Part shown: piece after piece, positions 40,172 through 53,268 of the stretch | How positions within the stretch are numbered: the first letter of the stretch is position 1 | Layout: every line of letters begins with the position of its first letter | From: Lama glama | Lineage: Eukaryota | Length of the DNA: 64,000 nucleotides | Reading direction: 5' to 3' | Assembly: GCA_028534125.1 (NCBI GenBank) | Contig: CM052817.1 | Location: 13,270,001-13,334,000, forward strand | Program-made: the position numbers and the translations under genes | Notes under the pieces: generated by a model | What the model was told of the DNA's origin: nothing | What the model saw: the letters and a program-made list of their open reading frames with translations, nothing else | Databases searched by the model: none

Positions 40172-40511
40172 CGCATTAGCCAGCCTGGAGCCGCCACGGC
40201 AGCAGACCCCAGGCCGGGCGACTTGAGCCGCAGCCACGCGTGAGCTCACTCTTCTGGAGACTGGACGTCCACGATGAGGGCGCTTTTCCTGGCTTGCAGC
40301 TGGCCCGCTGCTGGCCGTGGCCTCACGTGGCCTCTCCTCCGTGTGCGGGAGAAGAGAGCTGGGGTCCCTTCGTCTGGGGACACCCGTCCTGTGAGATCAG
40401 GGCCTCATTTCGCCACCGCTGCCTCCCCCCAGGCTCCATCTCCAAATGCACCCACAGTGGGCCGAGCGCTTCAACAGACGAATTTCAGGGGGGCCAGCTC
40501 TGTCCCCGGCG
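40172..40511 (-). mobile_element. MaLR solo LTR (MLT1A-like), strongly GC-shifted
   Basis: Collinear with recalled MLT1A landmarks: ttctggagactggacgtccacgat, ttcctggcttgcag, cctcacgtggcc, ccatctccaaat, gcttcaacagacgaattt. 5-bp flanks CTGCC (40167-40171) and CCGCC (40512-40516). Confidence 0.8.
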
Positions 40512-41951
40512 CCGCCCCAAAGAGTATTTTTTCTGACTAGGCCCATTCGCAAGGCTCTCCCCGAGACAAGTTCTCTAAATTCAGCTTTCTGCCTCATTAT
40601 ATTTCTAGCAGTGTTTTTGCACCTCTTCTGTTTTCGGCACCCGAGACAGGCGCCCACGGGCTCTCTCCTTAATCCTAGTGCCACGTGCAGCTTCAGAGAG
40701 CATTTAGAGCGAAGCTGGGGACGTCGAAAGGCCTGCAGCAGCTTTACTGGGACGCAGCTATCGCCCTAAGTGGTATCTTTCAGCTTGGAGCTCTAAAGAT
40801 GTTGACAAGACCCCCCTCACTGCCTGTGGACCTCTCAACCCTTCAGGACTCGTAAACCTCTTGGGTTCCTGTACACATTGCAGTCAGTCTTTGAAGCCCC
40901 AGCATTTGCAGGCAAAATGTGGTACATATGTGTGCTTATGGATTTTTCCAGTGACAGAAAGCAAAGCTTTTTTTCAACTTCTCTCAGGAGTCTGCGACTC
41001 CAACAAGATTAAGACCAAATGTTCTGCATTATTTATGGCAAGGGCTAAGGCTGATAGGAAAATTTTTCTGTTGTGCGTTGGTTTCCCAAGGTAAAACGAT
41101 GCCATGATAAGGAGGGCGTCATCCTTTCTTGTTATCTGTGACTTCGCAGAACGCAAAAGCTGAGATTTCTTATTAATGAGAGGGCAGTGTAGAATTTTGA
41201 AGGAACACTTTGTTATTGTTGCGTTCTTCCAGGAGCGTGGTCAGCCCACGTCTAGAAGAATTAAGGAAAATAATGACTTTTCAGCAACTCTGAATAAAAT
41301 GCATGCCAATTATCCATTTTTGTAGGGGATTTTAAGAAGCTTTCTGTGCCTTTTCTAAGCCCCACAAATAAACAGATCGGAGAAAGAATTGAGAACCAGC
41401 CAGAAGTTTAGCAGCGATGAGGAAATGACAAACGTGTTAATCCTATTAATGGCAATGACTAAACAAAAAAAAAAGTCAGAATTTTTTCAAGAGAAGCCAA
41501 TTTAAACTTCCTCCTGAACACCTGGGATCTCTTAACTATTGCCTCCTTCTAAGTTCTAAACTCAAAACAAATAAAATAATTTGTGCAGACTTTGAGAAGT
41601 TCAGTCAGATTTGGCTCCCCTGTCCCGTGTTGACGTTGACTTGGCTGTAAGTCCCTGAGACGCCCTCAATTCTTCATCTGTGGTGACTATTGATTCTTTC
41701 CTGCCTCCTTGCTGTTCAGCAGCAAATGTAATGCTACCATGAATACACCAATCACAGGGTTTCAAGGGCTTAGGGAGCTGTAGGTGAATTAGTTACACTC
41801 TGTAATCATGCAGACAGAATTGTAGCATCAAAGGAAACATTCTACCCTCCTTAGATGGGGTTGGAAATTCATGCTGAGGCTCATGAGTTTTTGTAACTGA
41901 GCATCATCATTGACAACTCTAAGCATCTTATCTTGCACAAGGTTCTCAAAA

Positions 41952-42086
41952 CAGCCCGCTCTCCATATCTGAGGGCCCTGCATTTGCACATTCAAGCATC
42001 CGCGGTGAATGTGGAACTGCACATCTGGAGGCCCTGTGGGTTTTGGTACCTGCAATCAATCCCCCAGGGACACCCAGGGGTGACTG
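41952..42086 (-). mobile_element. Tigger-derived MITE (MER2/MER8-like), internally deleted
   Basis: Degenerate inverted ends cagcccgctctccatatctgaggg ... cccccagggacacccaggggtgactg followed by TA. Confidence 0.6.
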
Positions 42087-42236
42087 TACATATCACAGCA
42101 AATCCTAATGACAAGAGAACATTCCAAAATTAGAAAAATGAAAGCTACACATTGGCAAAGAGGGGTTTGGTCTTTAGCTAGGCAGATGGATTGTCTGCTG
42201 CTTTTTCTGTAACGACCTTGTATTTTTTCCCCTCAG

Positions 42237-42380
42237 GATGTTAAGGAGTAATCGCATAAGCTGTGTAGGGAACGACAGTTTCATAGGACTCAGTTCTGTG
42301 CGTCTGCTTTCTTTATACGATAATCAAATTACGACAATTGCACCAGGGGCTTTTGATACTCTCCATTCTTTATCTACTCT
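42237..42380 (+). CDS. SLIT2: SLIT2 exon 19 (144 nt, two LRRs of D3)
   Basis: cctcag|GATGTTA...TACTCT|gtaagt; [47 protein letters not shown](L). Confidence 0.96.
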
Positions 42381-43909
42381 GTAAGTATGAGAAATAGTCT
42401 TTATTTACTCATTATATTTGTTACTTTTATTGATAACATTTTAATACATTACTAAGCATTTCATAAAAATGTGATCAAGGACTTAGGTATTTTTTTTTAA
42501 GGACAAATTTGTTCATGTTAAACTGCCTTAAATTTTTTCCTAAAAATATTGCCTACCATCCTATATTAAAGTTACAGTGTTTTTTCCATCAATTATTTCT
42601 TAGAATAATGTGATGTGGCTTAATTTATACATGCTAATCTTATTGTAATTTGATTGAGTTGTAAATAAAAGAAATGCTGTAGATTTTCCCCAGTGTTTTT
42701 CCACTGGAGTCTTTGCAGCGTAAGTATCATAAAAAACAGAGTTGATAGGGTTATTGCCAACCAACTGTGCTCAGAAGGATCATTCGCAATGACAGGAGAT
42801 GTATCAGGATGACCAGACCAACAATAAAAGCTCACTAGAGGGCATTTACTATGATATTTAGGAAGGTATTAAAGAAACAGGCTGAGCTCATCCAAGAGGA
42901 CGTTTTACGTAAACTGCTGGACAATAAAGAATATTTGTTAAGTCTACGGACAGAATTCAGAAAGTGCCAACAAACAAACTCTCCAAGTATTTCAGGCCCT
43001 TTGTTTGTCAGTATCTAAAAAGCAGTGTTTGAAATGGTGAATCTTATAACTCATATGATTTTCTGGTAATGGCGGCATCTACATATACTAATATAATGGA
43101 AAAGGTAGTTAGAAGGGGGAAGAAATCATGTTCAACGTAGCTGAAGTCCCTGAAGAAATAATGGGAAGGAAGCATCCATCCATCAGTAAAGTACTTAACC
43201 CTCTTTCCACATAAAATGTGACATTTTACATCGAGTGACTAATTTGTGCATATTAAAGATGGCATGTTTATAAATAATGGAATTGTCGATAGGTTTGTGC
43301 TGAAGTGGTGAGATGCCGAAAGTATTGAGATTTGGAGAAGTAAATTCATTTTTATAACTGGCATTTAATCAACTCAGCTGTCAGTTTAGATGGGAAACCT
43401 ATTCTCTGGAGCAAATAAGAGATGGAAATCTTGAAATGACAAATTAATGAAATAGCTGTTGTCAGGTTAAACTCAATAATACAAGGTAATCAGCCTTCAT
43501 CTTTATATTAAATTACTGCATTATCAGTGTAGGGAAGTTTGACAGCAAGTCAGATCTCTGACACATTTAAATGATCTCTAAATGAGGTATCTGTCAGGAT
43601 CTACGGCACCAACCCTGAATTACCACCTTCAATTTATTTTTCATATGAAATTATTTGAAGAATTCTTGTATGAAAATTTTATTTTTTAAGTTCCAAACAT
43701 AAATGCTGTAGCCAAAGAATGCATCCCAGTTGTGTGTGACTGATCATGGATCGGAGGTGGGGTGAATGGATAGGAGGTGGGGTGAATACAAAGACAAAGA
43801 AGGAATCATTCCAACAGGTATGGTGTGGGAACATGGTAGCATGGGGTTTTGAGAAGTGGGAACACAAAACCCTTAACTCAACTCTGCATTGTTTGCATAT
43901 GGCGTTTAG

Positions 43910-44076
43910 GAACCTCTTGGCCAATCCTTTTAACTGTAACTGCTACCTGGCTTGGTTGGGAGAATGGCTCAGGAAGAAAAGAATTGTAACGGGAAATCCT
44001 CGATGTCAGAAACCCTACTTTCTCAAAGAGATCCCCATCCAGGATGTTGCCATCCAAGACTTCACGTGCGATGATG
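43910..44076 (+). CDS. SLIT2: SLIT2 exon 20 (167 nt, D3 C-terminal cap)
   Basis: gtttag|GAACCTC...GATGATG|gtaaga; [55 protein letters not shown](G). Confidence 0.97.
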
Positions 44077-44962
44077 GTAAGAAAGCCTGGCCAGATGGCT
44101 GGTGACCAGACCCTGCAGTGACTGTTCTGATGCTGTGGACGCTGCTAGACAGGAGATCACAGTTTAGGCAATAGATAGTTATTGTGCATTTTTTGCTTTG
44201 TTTTGTTGTTCTGTTTTGTTTTAGCAGCAGGGCCCTTACTTGCTCAGACTGTACTTTCACATCTCACTCTACTTGACGTGTGCTTCTGAGTGTTTTAGAA
44301 AATCTTCCAACTTGCGGCTGATACTGTTTATGCAGCTTTGGTTTTAATTTTCTTTATTATTCTAAGCATCTCTTTTAGGAACTGCCACTTTTAGATGATA
44401 AAAGCAACTGATTTATAAAATAGAAATTCTAGTTAACAAAAACAATAGTTTTCACTTTTTAACACTCTCTCTATATCATCGCACTTGAGTCTCAGAATAG
44501 CTCTGTAATGTGGGTACAGGGGGTTCTGTTCTTGTTGCCAGTAAGTGAAGGGCTCATTTGAGCCTTATATTTTAAAATAAGAGGCCCTTACACTTTTTGC
44601 TAAACATTTTAAAGTAATCTGTCCCTTGTCTCTCCATGTCTGTCTCCTTACAGTGTCTCCATAATTCAGTTTACATTTACATATTCTAAATAAAAATATA
44701 ATTTGTATAAATAATGGCAAAAAAGAACATAACATTATAATTGTATTGATAATACAGAGGGAATTGTGTTTTGGACTTCTGCCCCAGGCAGTCTGAAAAC
44801 AGTCCTACCCAGAACGTGTGGTGTCTGTCTGTGAATACTGAATGCCCTGTATGTAAGTTAGGCTCAAGACCCTTGCGTTGGTTAAGCTAAAGGTGTAAAA
44901 GCCCTTCGAGCATCTCCCAAGCCACAAATCTGCATTTTCCTGTATCTCTTTTGGCAATTTAG

Positions 44963-45095
44963 GAAATGATGACAACAGTTGTTCCCCACTCTCTCGCTGT
45001 CCTACGGAGTGTACCTGCTTGGACACAGTGGTCCGATGTAGCAACAAAGGCCTGAAGGTCTTGCCCAGAGGCATTCCAAGAGACGTCACTGAATT
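44963..45095 (+). CDS. SLIT2: SLIT2 exon 21 (133 nt, D4 N-terminal cap)
   Basis: atttag|GAAATGAT...TGAATT|gtaagt; [43 protein letters not shown](L). Confidence 0.96.
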
Positions 45096-48000
45096 GTAAG
45101 TAGTGCTTGTCTTTGCTCTTCCTGAACAATTGCTGTTTCACACGCCAAGGGAAATGGAGACCAAACAAAAATATTTTGAGTCCTTTTTACAAGTTACATT
45201 CATTCTCTAATCCATTCATTAGTATCAGGTAAAACCCTAAACAAATAATGTAAAAGCAAATTCAGGTACCCCTGGGAAGTACTGATTGTGTTTCTCTCTT
45301 CGCTGTAGGATTTCTCAGGGCCTTTAGGACGCTAAGGTGCACTGTGCAACTCCGGGGAGGAGGGTGTAAGCTCGGAGGTAGCTCCCACACTTCTGCACTT
45401 ACTCATCTCCATAAGCCTTTTCTCGTGGCCTCCCCTACAAGAGCAATGTTCCTCATGTGCACCTTGAGAAATGCTATATATTTAGTTTATCTACAGTGTC
45501 TGGGATGTTTCATATGGTTAATTATTCTTCACCACATGTCGCCATGGAGAATATCTCAGCCCAAGGGATGCATAAATATGGAGGATGTGGAGGAAGCTGA
45601 CATAATCTTTACCTTTAAAAAGCGATATTGCCCTTTGGACTTGAATCAGAGTCCTTTAGGTCGTAAAGGATGTGGGGCCAATTATCCCTAACATTTTCAA
45701 AACTGATATTTAACCACAAATTACATGGCCAATTTACACATATGGGATACTGAGCACCACGCACACTTCCTTAGCTGCCTCGTGCTTTATGTGGAATAGA
45801 ATGAGTCAGAGCATGCAGGCTCCGTTCCGATCCTTTGTCTGTGCACTGAGGACCGTGGACAAATGCTTGATATGCCACTGAGTCATTTGGCCTCTGTTAA
45901 TTTTTTGACTGCATGAAACCATGTATCAAAGGTCTAAGTCATGCAGCCGTGTACCTGTAATTCATAAACAACTGTACAAGGGTTCTGAATGAGCCGCTTA
46001 GATAAACTTTTGGCAACCTGAACACAGGCAGTGAGGTTCAAGAAGAGGTCACTTCAGTTATCAAGGAACTTACTTGCAAATCATGTGCAGTTTTACGAAT
46101 TCTAATTTGGTCTTGAATAGAGAAAAAGTATGTGATCTTCCCTTTTGGATCTGAACTGTTGTGAAGTGCTCAGTTTCTCTCTCTTGCTGCCAATCACAGT
46201 TGTTAGGTAATTATCAGCACTGCTTTATATGTGTGTGTGGTTAAATTCTTAATTCTCATTTTGATATGCATTTATTTCAGAAGATTACCCTCCATTCAGT
46301 GTTGGAAGCTAGATGCCTGTAGAGTATTCTGTATGCAAAACATCGACTCTAAGAACACCCCAGCCAAGAACATAATACTCAGCGTAACATTTAGATCATC
46401 TTTGATGCTAAATCCCTTCTTCTTGGCCCATGCCTTCGTCCTTTTACCTGATTCCCAGCAAATAATTTCAAACATCTTTCAATTTCCTTATTCATCCGAG
46501 AACCTTCTCGATTCATTTGTCTGTGCTATCTACATGTTTCATCTGTCAGATAGTGGAATCTTCAATCTATTCCTCTACAAATTTTTCAAAGTAATTCTTT
46601 TATCTAAAGAAAATATGTCTCAGAGAAGAGGAAAATATTAACTCATCTCTTGTGAATTTTAGCTTTACCTCCCTAAGAGCTTATTCTTAGAACCATACCA
46701 AGTCAGCAGGATCCCTCTCTCCAGTAACATATATGCATGTATTAGAAAATGTCCGTGTACATAATATATTAAATTATTAAAGAATTTGGCACAAATAAGT
46801 ATGTAGTGGTGGACAATGTTGAACAGATGGTATCTATTATTTTTAATCAGTTCCATATAATTCCCCTCTTCGACTGATTTACATGTAAGCATCCATAGAG
46901 CACATTCTGAATCTTTTTAGCTTTGCGATGCGATGTTTTCTGGAATAAAGGGAAAGGTGCTGCAGTATGTGGGGTTATGCTTCCCTCTAGTGGTACCAAG
47001 AAATTCTTATCTAGAGAAAAGAAAGGAGCGAGAGGAGTCAAAATGTGAAGTCAGAAAATTTGAATAGATGTTAAGAAGTCATAACAAAAGCGTGACTCTT
47101 AATCACATATTTGTTACATATTTTGATAACTTGTGTGTTTTGTATAACTTTTCTCGTCTTGAAATGTTTGCAATAGATTGTTATCTTAGGCAGTTTCTCA
47201 GCTACTTCCACATCTAGCAAAAGTACTAACCTCAACCCCAGTTGGATCTGAAGATGGTCCACGACGCTGGGAAGGAGGGACCATGTGTCCAATGTGGCAG
47301 CATTGTTTGTGGGCACGTCTGTAACCAGACGCCCCAAGTCACTGAAAGACATTTTTACCCTTCATCATCTATATTCAGGGAAAGACAGCCTTGGGAGGAG
47401 ATGGAATTACTTTTCTTTTTGTGATATCATGGATATAACTTTAAGAACTCATTGATTTTTGTGTCTTGCTTGTTAGCCCAAAGTCTCTATTTTCTGATTA
47501 CTCTGCTGACTCTACTCAGAAAGGGAAATTTTACTTATATAGGGTGATTTGATTATTATTTTTACATCTATTTGCTATTTTTGCGTACTTGATAAATGTT
47601 GTGATTTTCTATGAACTCTCCTGAAATTAGTATCACCAAGCAGATATACAAGGGTAAAAACTATTTTTAAGATTTTTTAAACTGAAATCTAATGATATTA
47701 AAATTCCCAAGTATATCGTTTGAACCGTTCATTGTTATTGACCAAGTGTATTGATACGTATTAAGGTGATGGAGATTACTCTTGCCGGCGGTAGCAAGTT
47801 TCTGCCAATAGTGAATGCATTGCATGGTGTTGTTTCCACATAAACACAAGTGAACTGAAGGGTGACTAAAAGTATGGTTGATTGAATGACCCTTCTTGCT
47901 GACACACAAATGGTTGGATATGTGCCTTGCCTCCTTAGATAAACCACAAAGAACTGACTCATCAGTTTCTCCTTGGTTTTATAATTTAGCCTGAGTAATC

Positions 48001-48204
48001 CACAAAAGAATTCTACTCTTTTGGGCAACTGTGGTCTTTTTTCCTTTACTTCTTTTAAATAGCAATCTTCGCTCAAAATATGACATCTTAAGGCCAAAAT
48101 TACCAAGTGTTCCCTTGCTTCAATTTGACTGATATATTATTCAATTATTTTATGATTCATAACTGTTAACTTTCAAAAAGATAATATTGTTTCCTTGTTT
48201 TTAG

Positions 48205-48273
48205 GTATCTGGATGGGAACCAATTTACACTGGTTCCTAAGGAACTCTCCAACTACAAACATCTAACACTTAT
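48205..48273 (+). CDS. SLIT2: SLIT2 exon 22 (69 nt, LRR of D4)
   Basis: ttttag|GTATCTG...ACTTAT|gtgagt; [22 protein letters not shown](I). Confidence 0.96.
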
Positions 48274-50869
48274 GTGAGTAATGTATTGTTGTATTTTTCC
48301 ATCTTTGACTTCTTATTCTGTTTCAGAAAAGTGGGGATAGCAAGGGGCAGAAGATTTAACGAGCCTTTCAGGTAATATAAATCCTTTTCAGTTAGATGCC
48401 TCCTTTCTTGCTCGTTGAGGTTCTGGATCACTGGCTACATCTTCACTGAATATCAGTAAGACAAGGGCGCGCCTTAGAAAAAGGTCCTCCTCTATTCAAA
48501 GTGTAAATACGATTAAGTCTAAGTATTGGAGAATTGTAGAAATGCAGTATGCTAGAGAATGCTCTTGAGGATGAATATGGGCGATTTTATGAGAATCCAA
48601 GGAAAGAAGGATGGAAAACAATGTTATTATTAACTTTAAGCAAAACATAGCAGATGGTAAAACCTTTACTGAAGATGTATGGAAATCTAGTTTACTTGGC
48701 TTGATTCACTTATATAATTCATGAATTAATAAAGGGATTCCAGTATTAAAATTTTATAAAATCCATATTTGCATATGTAGTGTGTGAATAAACTTGACAA
48801 AGATGCTGACATTCTGAGTATAAATGTCAAAACATTGAGTTGTTTTTATCAGTCTGTTTTGATGTCCTCCTAACATAGCATCTTTCTTTCATTAATGTAT
48901 GTAAGCAGTTTTTTACAGTTTTTAACTTGTAGATACTAGATTATATTTAAACATGCAAACATTTCATTTCAATCTGGTTATGTGCACAGTATTTTTAAAA
49001 CGATAGAATCTTAACTGTATGTAATGTCACTCTTAGAGTAGCGTTGTTGGTAAACAAGGAAACTTGTCACAAAACAAAAAAATCAGCAGCAATAGTGGAT
49101 ATGAAAGGAAATACTTTGTCTTTAAGTCTATCTGATTTTAGAGTAAATATGACTGTCTTAGATTTCTAGTATTCCCAGAAAAGGGGGTTTATTCCTAATT
49201 CGTGAATGGAAACCTAGGTAACAGAAAATGTCATGTTTCTCATTGTAAACTTTACCCTAAGCACTTGGAGGTTAGTTAAAATGCTGTTGAGCATTTTCAG
49301 TTTTTCTTAAAAGTGTGTGAGAATCAAACCCTCTGTAGGAATTATATAGGACTGTTTAAATGACAAATGACTAAATTAAGAAAAAAAGAATATCCTCTAA
49401 AAATATCTTGTTCTGCCCCTAGTAGTTTATTTAATAGCAGCAAGAACTGATTACATACATTTGTTCTGTTAAATAAACCATTAAATTGCTGCAATTTCCA
49501 AAGGGTCACTTCAGCAACATTGGTTCATTTGTGGGACAGCATGTGATTAGTTAAAACCAGTTTGGAAATGAAAAAAGAATCTGTAGGTCCAGAAATGATT
49601 TTACCAGTGACTCAGCATACAACTCTAGGCAAGTAATTTCTGCTAGCGTCGATGTATTTATTCATTTTTTAAATTTAGCTTGAGTACCTCAGCAGCTAAG
49701 AAGATGGATGGTACAGCTCAGCTGCTCTAACTTTCCCACCATTTCACAATTTCTTTGGTCCATTTTACTGATATTTTTGTATTTTAATGAAGGAATGGAT
49801 AACCTTCAGCAGCTCTTCTGTATCTTGCATTTATTCACATATTTTGCTTCAGAAAAAAATACAGTGAACATAAATACACAACAGACATAAACGAACCCAA
49901 ATCACAACCCATGATGTTCCATTTATTTATGAATCTTCCTTTTAGTCATATATTTGGCATCTTGCTTTAGGTAAAATTTAGTGAATATTCACTAATATGT
50001 GTCACATTGCCGTAACTATGTGAGTGTGTATATGTATATATTCGCTAACTTTTGTCTAAAGCAAATTGTGAAACATGTATGTCATTACATGTTATTATAT
50101 ATTATATTATAGTATAACATTATTGCATGTCATATTATATATATATTTCACACATATAATATATATAATAGAAATTAGTTCACTGAATATAAATTACAAC
50201 CTGTAGTACAAAGTACACTTATAAATATCCATTTAACATTGGTTAAAAAAAATCCACATTTCTCTCATTTACTTATTATTTATTGAACAGACATTTACTG
50301 AGGACCAACTACGTGCTAGTGACTTTGCCATAGGCCACGTGTTTAATCATGGTGTTACTATTAACGACGGCGTCGTTAACGTAATTAAATGAGGATTCTT
50401 TCCGTTACCCAGTTTGAGTCTTTGTATGTGTCAATGAAAAAGTATGTGCAAGCGGTGGAACTTTCAAGAACAGAGGTTTATTTCTCACCTATAAATGTGT
50501 CGGCTGTGAGTGGCCTCCGCCTGTCTTTGCTCTGGGGTCCAGGCAGCAGGCAGGACCTCTGTGGGACATCAAGAGCCTTGCAGAGGAGGGAGGAGAGGGA
50601 CAGAATTAGCTCGCGCTGAAGCTTCTGTTCTGAAGTGAAACCAGAGCTGATGCCCATGCTTCACTGGCCAAAGCACGTGGTCGCTTCTAATTTCAGCAGG
50701 CGGGGGGCGTGAGTAGTCATGAAGAAGGCTGCAGTCTGCCCAGTGTGGTGTTACTTTCAGATGAAAGCCGAGTCCTAGCGCTGCTTTGACTGTGAGCAAG
50801 AAGAACCTTCTCTTTCTAAGAATGACTCATGGTAACAGCGGACTCCATGTCTTTCTTTTTCTCTTTTAG

Positions 50870-50941
50870 AGACTTAAGTAACAACCGAATCAGCACCCTC
50901 TCTAATCAGAGCTTCAGCAACATGACCCAGCTCCTCACCTT
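50870..50941 (+). CDS. SLIT2: SLIT2 exon 23 (72 nt, LRR of D4)
   Basis: ttttag|AGACTTA...CACCTT|gtgagt; [23 protein letters not shown](L). Confidence 0.96.
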
Positions 50942-51425
50942 GTGAGTACGAAAGTGTGGTCCTGAGTATTCCTCAGTTCATTGGACGGTCCTAGTAGATA
51001 AGACAGAGTCTCTGCACTCAAGGAACGTTAATAGTGTTGGGAGAAACACACGAATAAAACTTAAGTAAACCAACAAATACAGATACTATAAAAAGTGTTG
51101 GGTTCTATAAGAGAAACAAAGAATAATTTACATTTGTGGTGGGGTTTGAGAAATCCTTAAATAGACCTCTGGAGAAAGTCACCTTACGGAGGACACAGTT
51201 GAGACATCAGCGTGTCCTCAGGGGTAGGAAGCATTCTAGAATGTATTTAGAAATAAATACATTGTAATAGTGAGACAACACAAAGATGCAGAAATGTTAT
51301 GTGTCAGTATTCTCTATGTATAACATGCTGTAACGACCCTTTTCTTATCTGCTTTAATTTTTTAAATGACATTTGGCTATTTGAGGGTATCTGAGTAAAA
51401 CAGATCAGCTTATGTGTGCTTTCAG

Positions 51426-51497
51426 AATTCTTAGTTACAACCGTTTGAGATGTCTTCCCCCTCGAACCTTCGATGGATTGAAGTCTCTTCGATTACT
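51426..51497 (+). CDS. SLIT2: SLIT2 exon 24 (72 nt, LRR of D4)
   Basis: tttcag|AATTCTT...ATTACT|gtaagc; [23 protein letters not shown](L). Confidence 0.96.
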
Positions 51498-51789
51498 GTA
51501 AGCATCTTATGTTTAACAAAATACTTCTTTTCTTGGGGATCTGGGTTTTGGACTGTCTTTTTAATGATTTAACTTCTTTGTGTTTATTTTCGGGTATTTT
51601 CAGTACTATATATTATGATTTGCTACAGATTTGGAAATAGGAAAATTACATTTTACTGTATCATTGCCCAACAGCTTTTACTTGGAGAACATATTTTTCT
51701 CTTTTGTAACACATTGTTGCTGTGGTCATTAATTTGCTGCTATATGATATTAAGATGTAGTTTTGTATAGATCCAAGTAATTTTGAAAG

Positions 51790-53030
51790 AAAAAGAGGAA
51801 ATTTTAATTTCTCTAGAAATTACATAAAACACCAACATATTTTTACTATACACAATTTATCTAAAATTATATGAAATAAAACATGATCCTCAATCCCAGT
51901 CCCCTCCCCCAGAATTGACAGTTAAACAGTTTGATGTTTTTTCCTGGTCCTTATTCTGTGTTTGGTTTTATATATTGATATATGAATGCCCACTGCTGTA
52001 TAACTTAAAAACCATAAATAGGGTTTTTCTCGTTCTGCCATTGACTAATTTTATTTAACAATATGGTTTAGCCTTCTTCCAGTCGATCTGTATCATATTT
52101 CTCAACTGCTTAAATGATACAGAGTACTTCATAGAATGAAGGAGCCGTACCTTATTTAACCAGCTTTCATCTGTACTATCATTCGATTTGATTCTAGATT
52201 TTTATTGTCTCTGCAGTGCTGGAGTGAACATTCTACACATCCATCTTACTGTCAGGCACATTAGGAGAATGCCAAAGTAACGTTGTTCCCCAAATAAGAT
52301 TTTGTCAATTTACAAATTTATTTTCCACCAGCTGTTTTAATAGAGCACCTATTTCAAAGCACTCTTGCAAATATTGAATATTATCAGTCCTTTCATTTCT
52401 GCCATATGACAGATGGAACTTTATTTTCTGTTCCTGTTTCAATTTGCAGTTCCAATTACTAGAGCATTTGAGAATATTTTATTTGTTTATTGAGCATTTG
52501 TGCTTCTTATTCTATGAGCCTGATCACATTATTTCCCATTTTCTGTGGTGTACTTTGTCTTTTCCTCATTAACATACATGCCTTTATACATCTCCCACCT
52601 GACTCCAAGTTTACAGGTCTTTTTACAAAGGAGTTAATCCTTATAGCTTACATATGTTGCAAATATTTCCCATTCGGTTCTTTATATGTAATCTTTTGTA
52701 TTATGGATATATTTTACAATGTCAAAAATATATCACTTTTTCCCATGATGGTTTCTGAGTTTTATAATATAGTGCTTTTAAAAGCCCTTAATATCCCACG
52801 TTATAAAAAGGAACACTGCTGTATTTTCTTTTAATACATTTTCAATTTTATTTTTACATTTAACTCTTCAACCTAGAATTTACTTTATGCTTATGATGTG
52901 AGGTAGGAACTAACTTTCTGCTTTCCCAAATAGATATCCATCTGTATAAAGACTGTTTCTTGAATAGACCATCTTTTCTACACTGATTTAAAAGTTTGTT
53001 ATAAACTAAAGTTTCATATATGCATGGGGG
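51790..53030 (-). mobile_element. Ancient LINE-1 fragment (L1ME-like)
   Basis: Degenerate L1 ORF2-end similarity (atatgttgcaaatatttccc; tgatgtgaggtaggaactaact; ttgaatagaccatctttt). Confidence 0.6.
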
Positions 53031-53087
53031 TTTTTCTGAACTCCCTGAAATAATAGGAAATTTAATTTTGCTTCTTCTTGCTTTTAG

Positions 53088-53159
53088 TTCTCTACATGGA
53101 AATGACATTTCTGTTGTGCCTGAAGGTGCTTTCAACGATCTTTCTGCATTGTCACACCT
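53088..53159 (+). CDS. SLIT2: SLIT2 exon 25 (72 nt, LRR of D4)
   Basis: ttttag|TTCTCTA...ACACCT|gtgagt; [23 protein letters not shown](L). Confidence 0.96.
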
Positions 53160-53268
53160 GTGAGTATCTAGCTCATGAGTGTGGGTTTAGAACAAACAGT
53201 CCTCTGCCGCCTTTTTTATTGTCACATCATAAAATGTGATTGGTTCCATCTTTAAATAAAATGTAAAG

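Larger units (their letters stand above)
39630..40770. promoter_or_regulatory. Intragenic CpG-island-like GC peak in intron 18
   Basis: Abrupt GC/CpG enrichment in an AT-rich gene (44/60 G+C at 40141-40200; 8 CpG in 40141-40260). Regulatory function is not shown. Confidence 0.7.

Noticed and set aside
39376..40769. Cluster of overlapping 80-166 aa ORFs on both strands, suggesting a nested gene or retrocopy
   Set aside because: Expected from stop-codon scarcity in GC-rich DNA. The peptides are low-complexity, there is no poly-A tail or long TSD, and parts are MLT1/MIR.
47254..47335. Two adjacent short hairpins (ATGGTCC/GGACCAT and CGTCTG/CAGACG)
   Set aside because: Stems of only 6-7 bp and no snoRNA or miRNA hallmarks; expected by chance.
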